From Octopus sinensis (lineage: Eukaryota), in assembly GCF_006345805.1 (NCBI RefSeq), contig NC_043004.1, positions 15,624,001-15,688,000 of the forward strand: 64,000 nt of DNA, given 5' to 3'. The notes below the pieces were generated by a model. It had not been told where the DNA came from. It was given only the letters and a program-made list of their open reading frames with translations, and did not search any database. The position numbers were made by a program, and so were the translations under genes. Positions 63,583-64,000 of the stretch are shown here, piece by piece (position 1 is the stretch's first letter; the number at the start of each line of letters is the position of its first letter).

Positions 63583-64000
63583 ATATGTAGATAGAGAGAT
63601 ATAAAGATATATGCATATTTCTACACATACAAACACGCACACACATATGCATATGTCTGTACACATTTATAAACACATGCGAGCAAATATGTATTTGCGG
63701 ATGTATGAATATAAATCTGTATATACACGTACGAAACAATATTTAGATTTATTTGAACATGGTACGAATCACGTTTTATATATTGGTATTTTTTATATTT
63801 TTTATATTTTGCCTTAAAGGCAAGCAGATTAAATACCGATAACTAGGTATTATTGATTATTGAAGTAAAATACCAGGCCATCCCAGAATCACAAATACAA
63901 AAATAAAAGCCAATTGCACGATTAAGCTATTATGCATTTTATTATACGTGAATGCTCCGTTCTGATGTTCACATTTCATCACAATTCGCCTCATCTCTAT

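Overview
AT-rich, microsatellite-saturated eukaryotic DNA. The SINE families I recognise point to an octopod cephalopod (inference, no database search run). I found no intact host protein-coding gene, rRNA, functional tRNA gene or CRISPR array. Most ORFs in the track are microsatellite translations or chance ORFs, and the recognisable ones are transposon remnants. The window holds roughly 30 tRNA-derived SINE copies in four modular families, including a six-unit tandem array at 29.6-30.9 kb. DNA transposons: a full-length decayed Chapaev3-type element with TIRs and a TTA target duplication (12212-14204), mariner, Tc1 and Tigger remnants, MITEs and a probable non-autonomous Helitron. Retroelement fragments: RTE, CR1-like, R4/Dong-like and Penelope-like (PLE). 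Three observations stand out. (1) An apparently intact minimal type I hammerhead ribozyme lies on the minus strand at 5470-5562, next to a 73-bp-arm hairpin, with about eight decayed or variant hammerhead motifs elsewhere, several in ~200-bp PLE-like modules. (2) An ORF1-only (HAL1-like) zinc-knuckle retroelement at 19.5-21.1 kb shares its 3' tail with a SINE family. (3) A CR1-like LINE end shares its tail with a second SINE family. All alignments and translations were done by eye, so boundaries of decayed elements are approximate.
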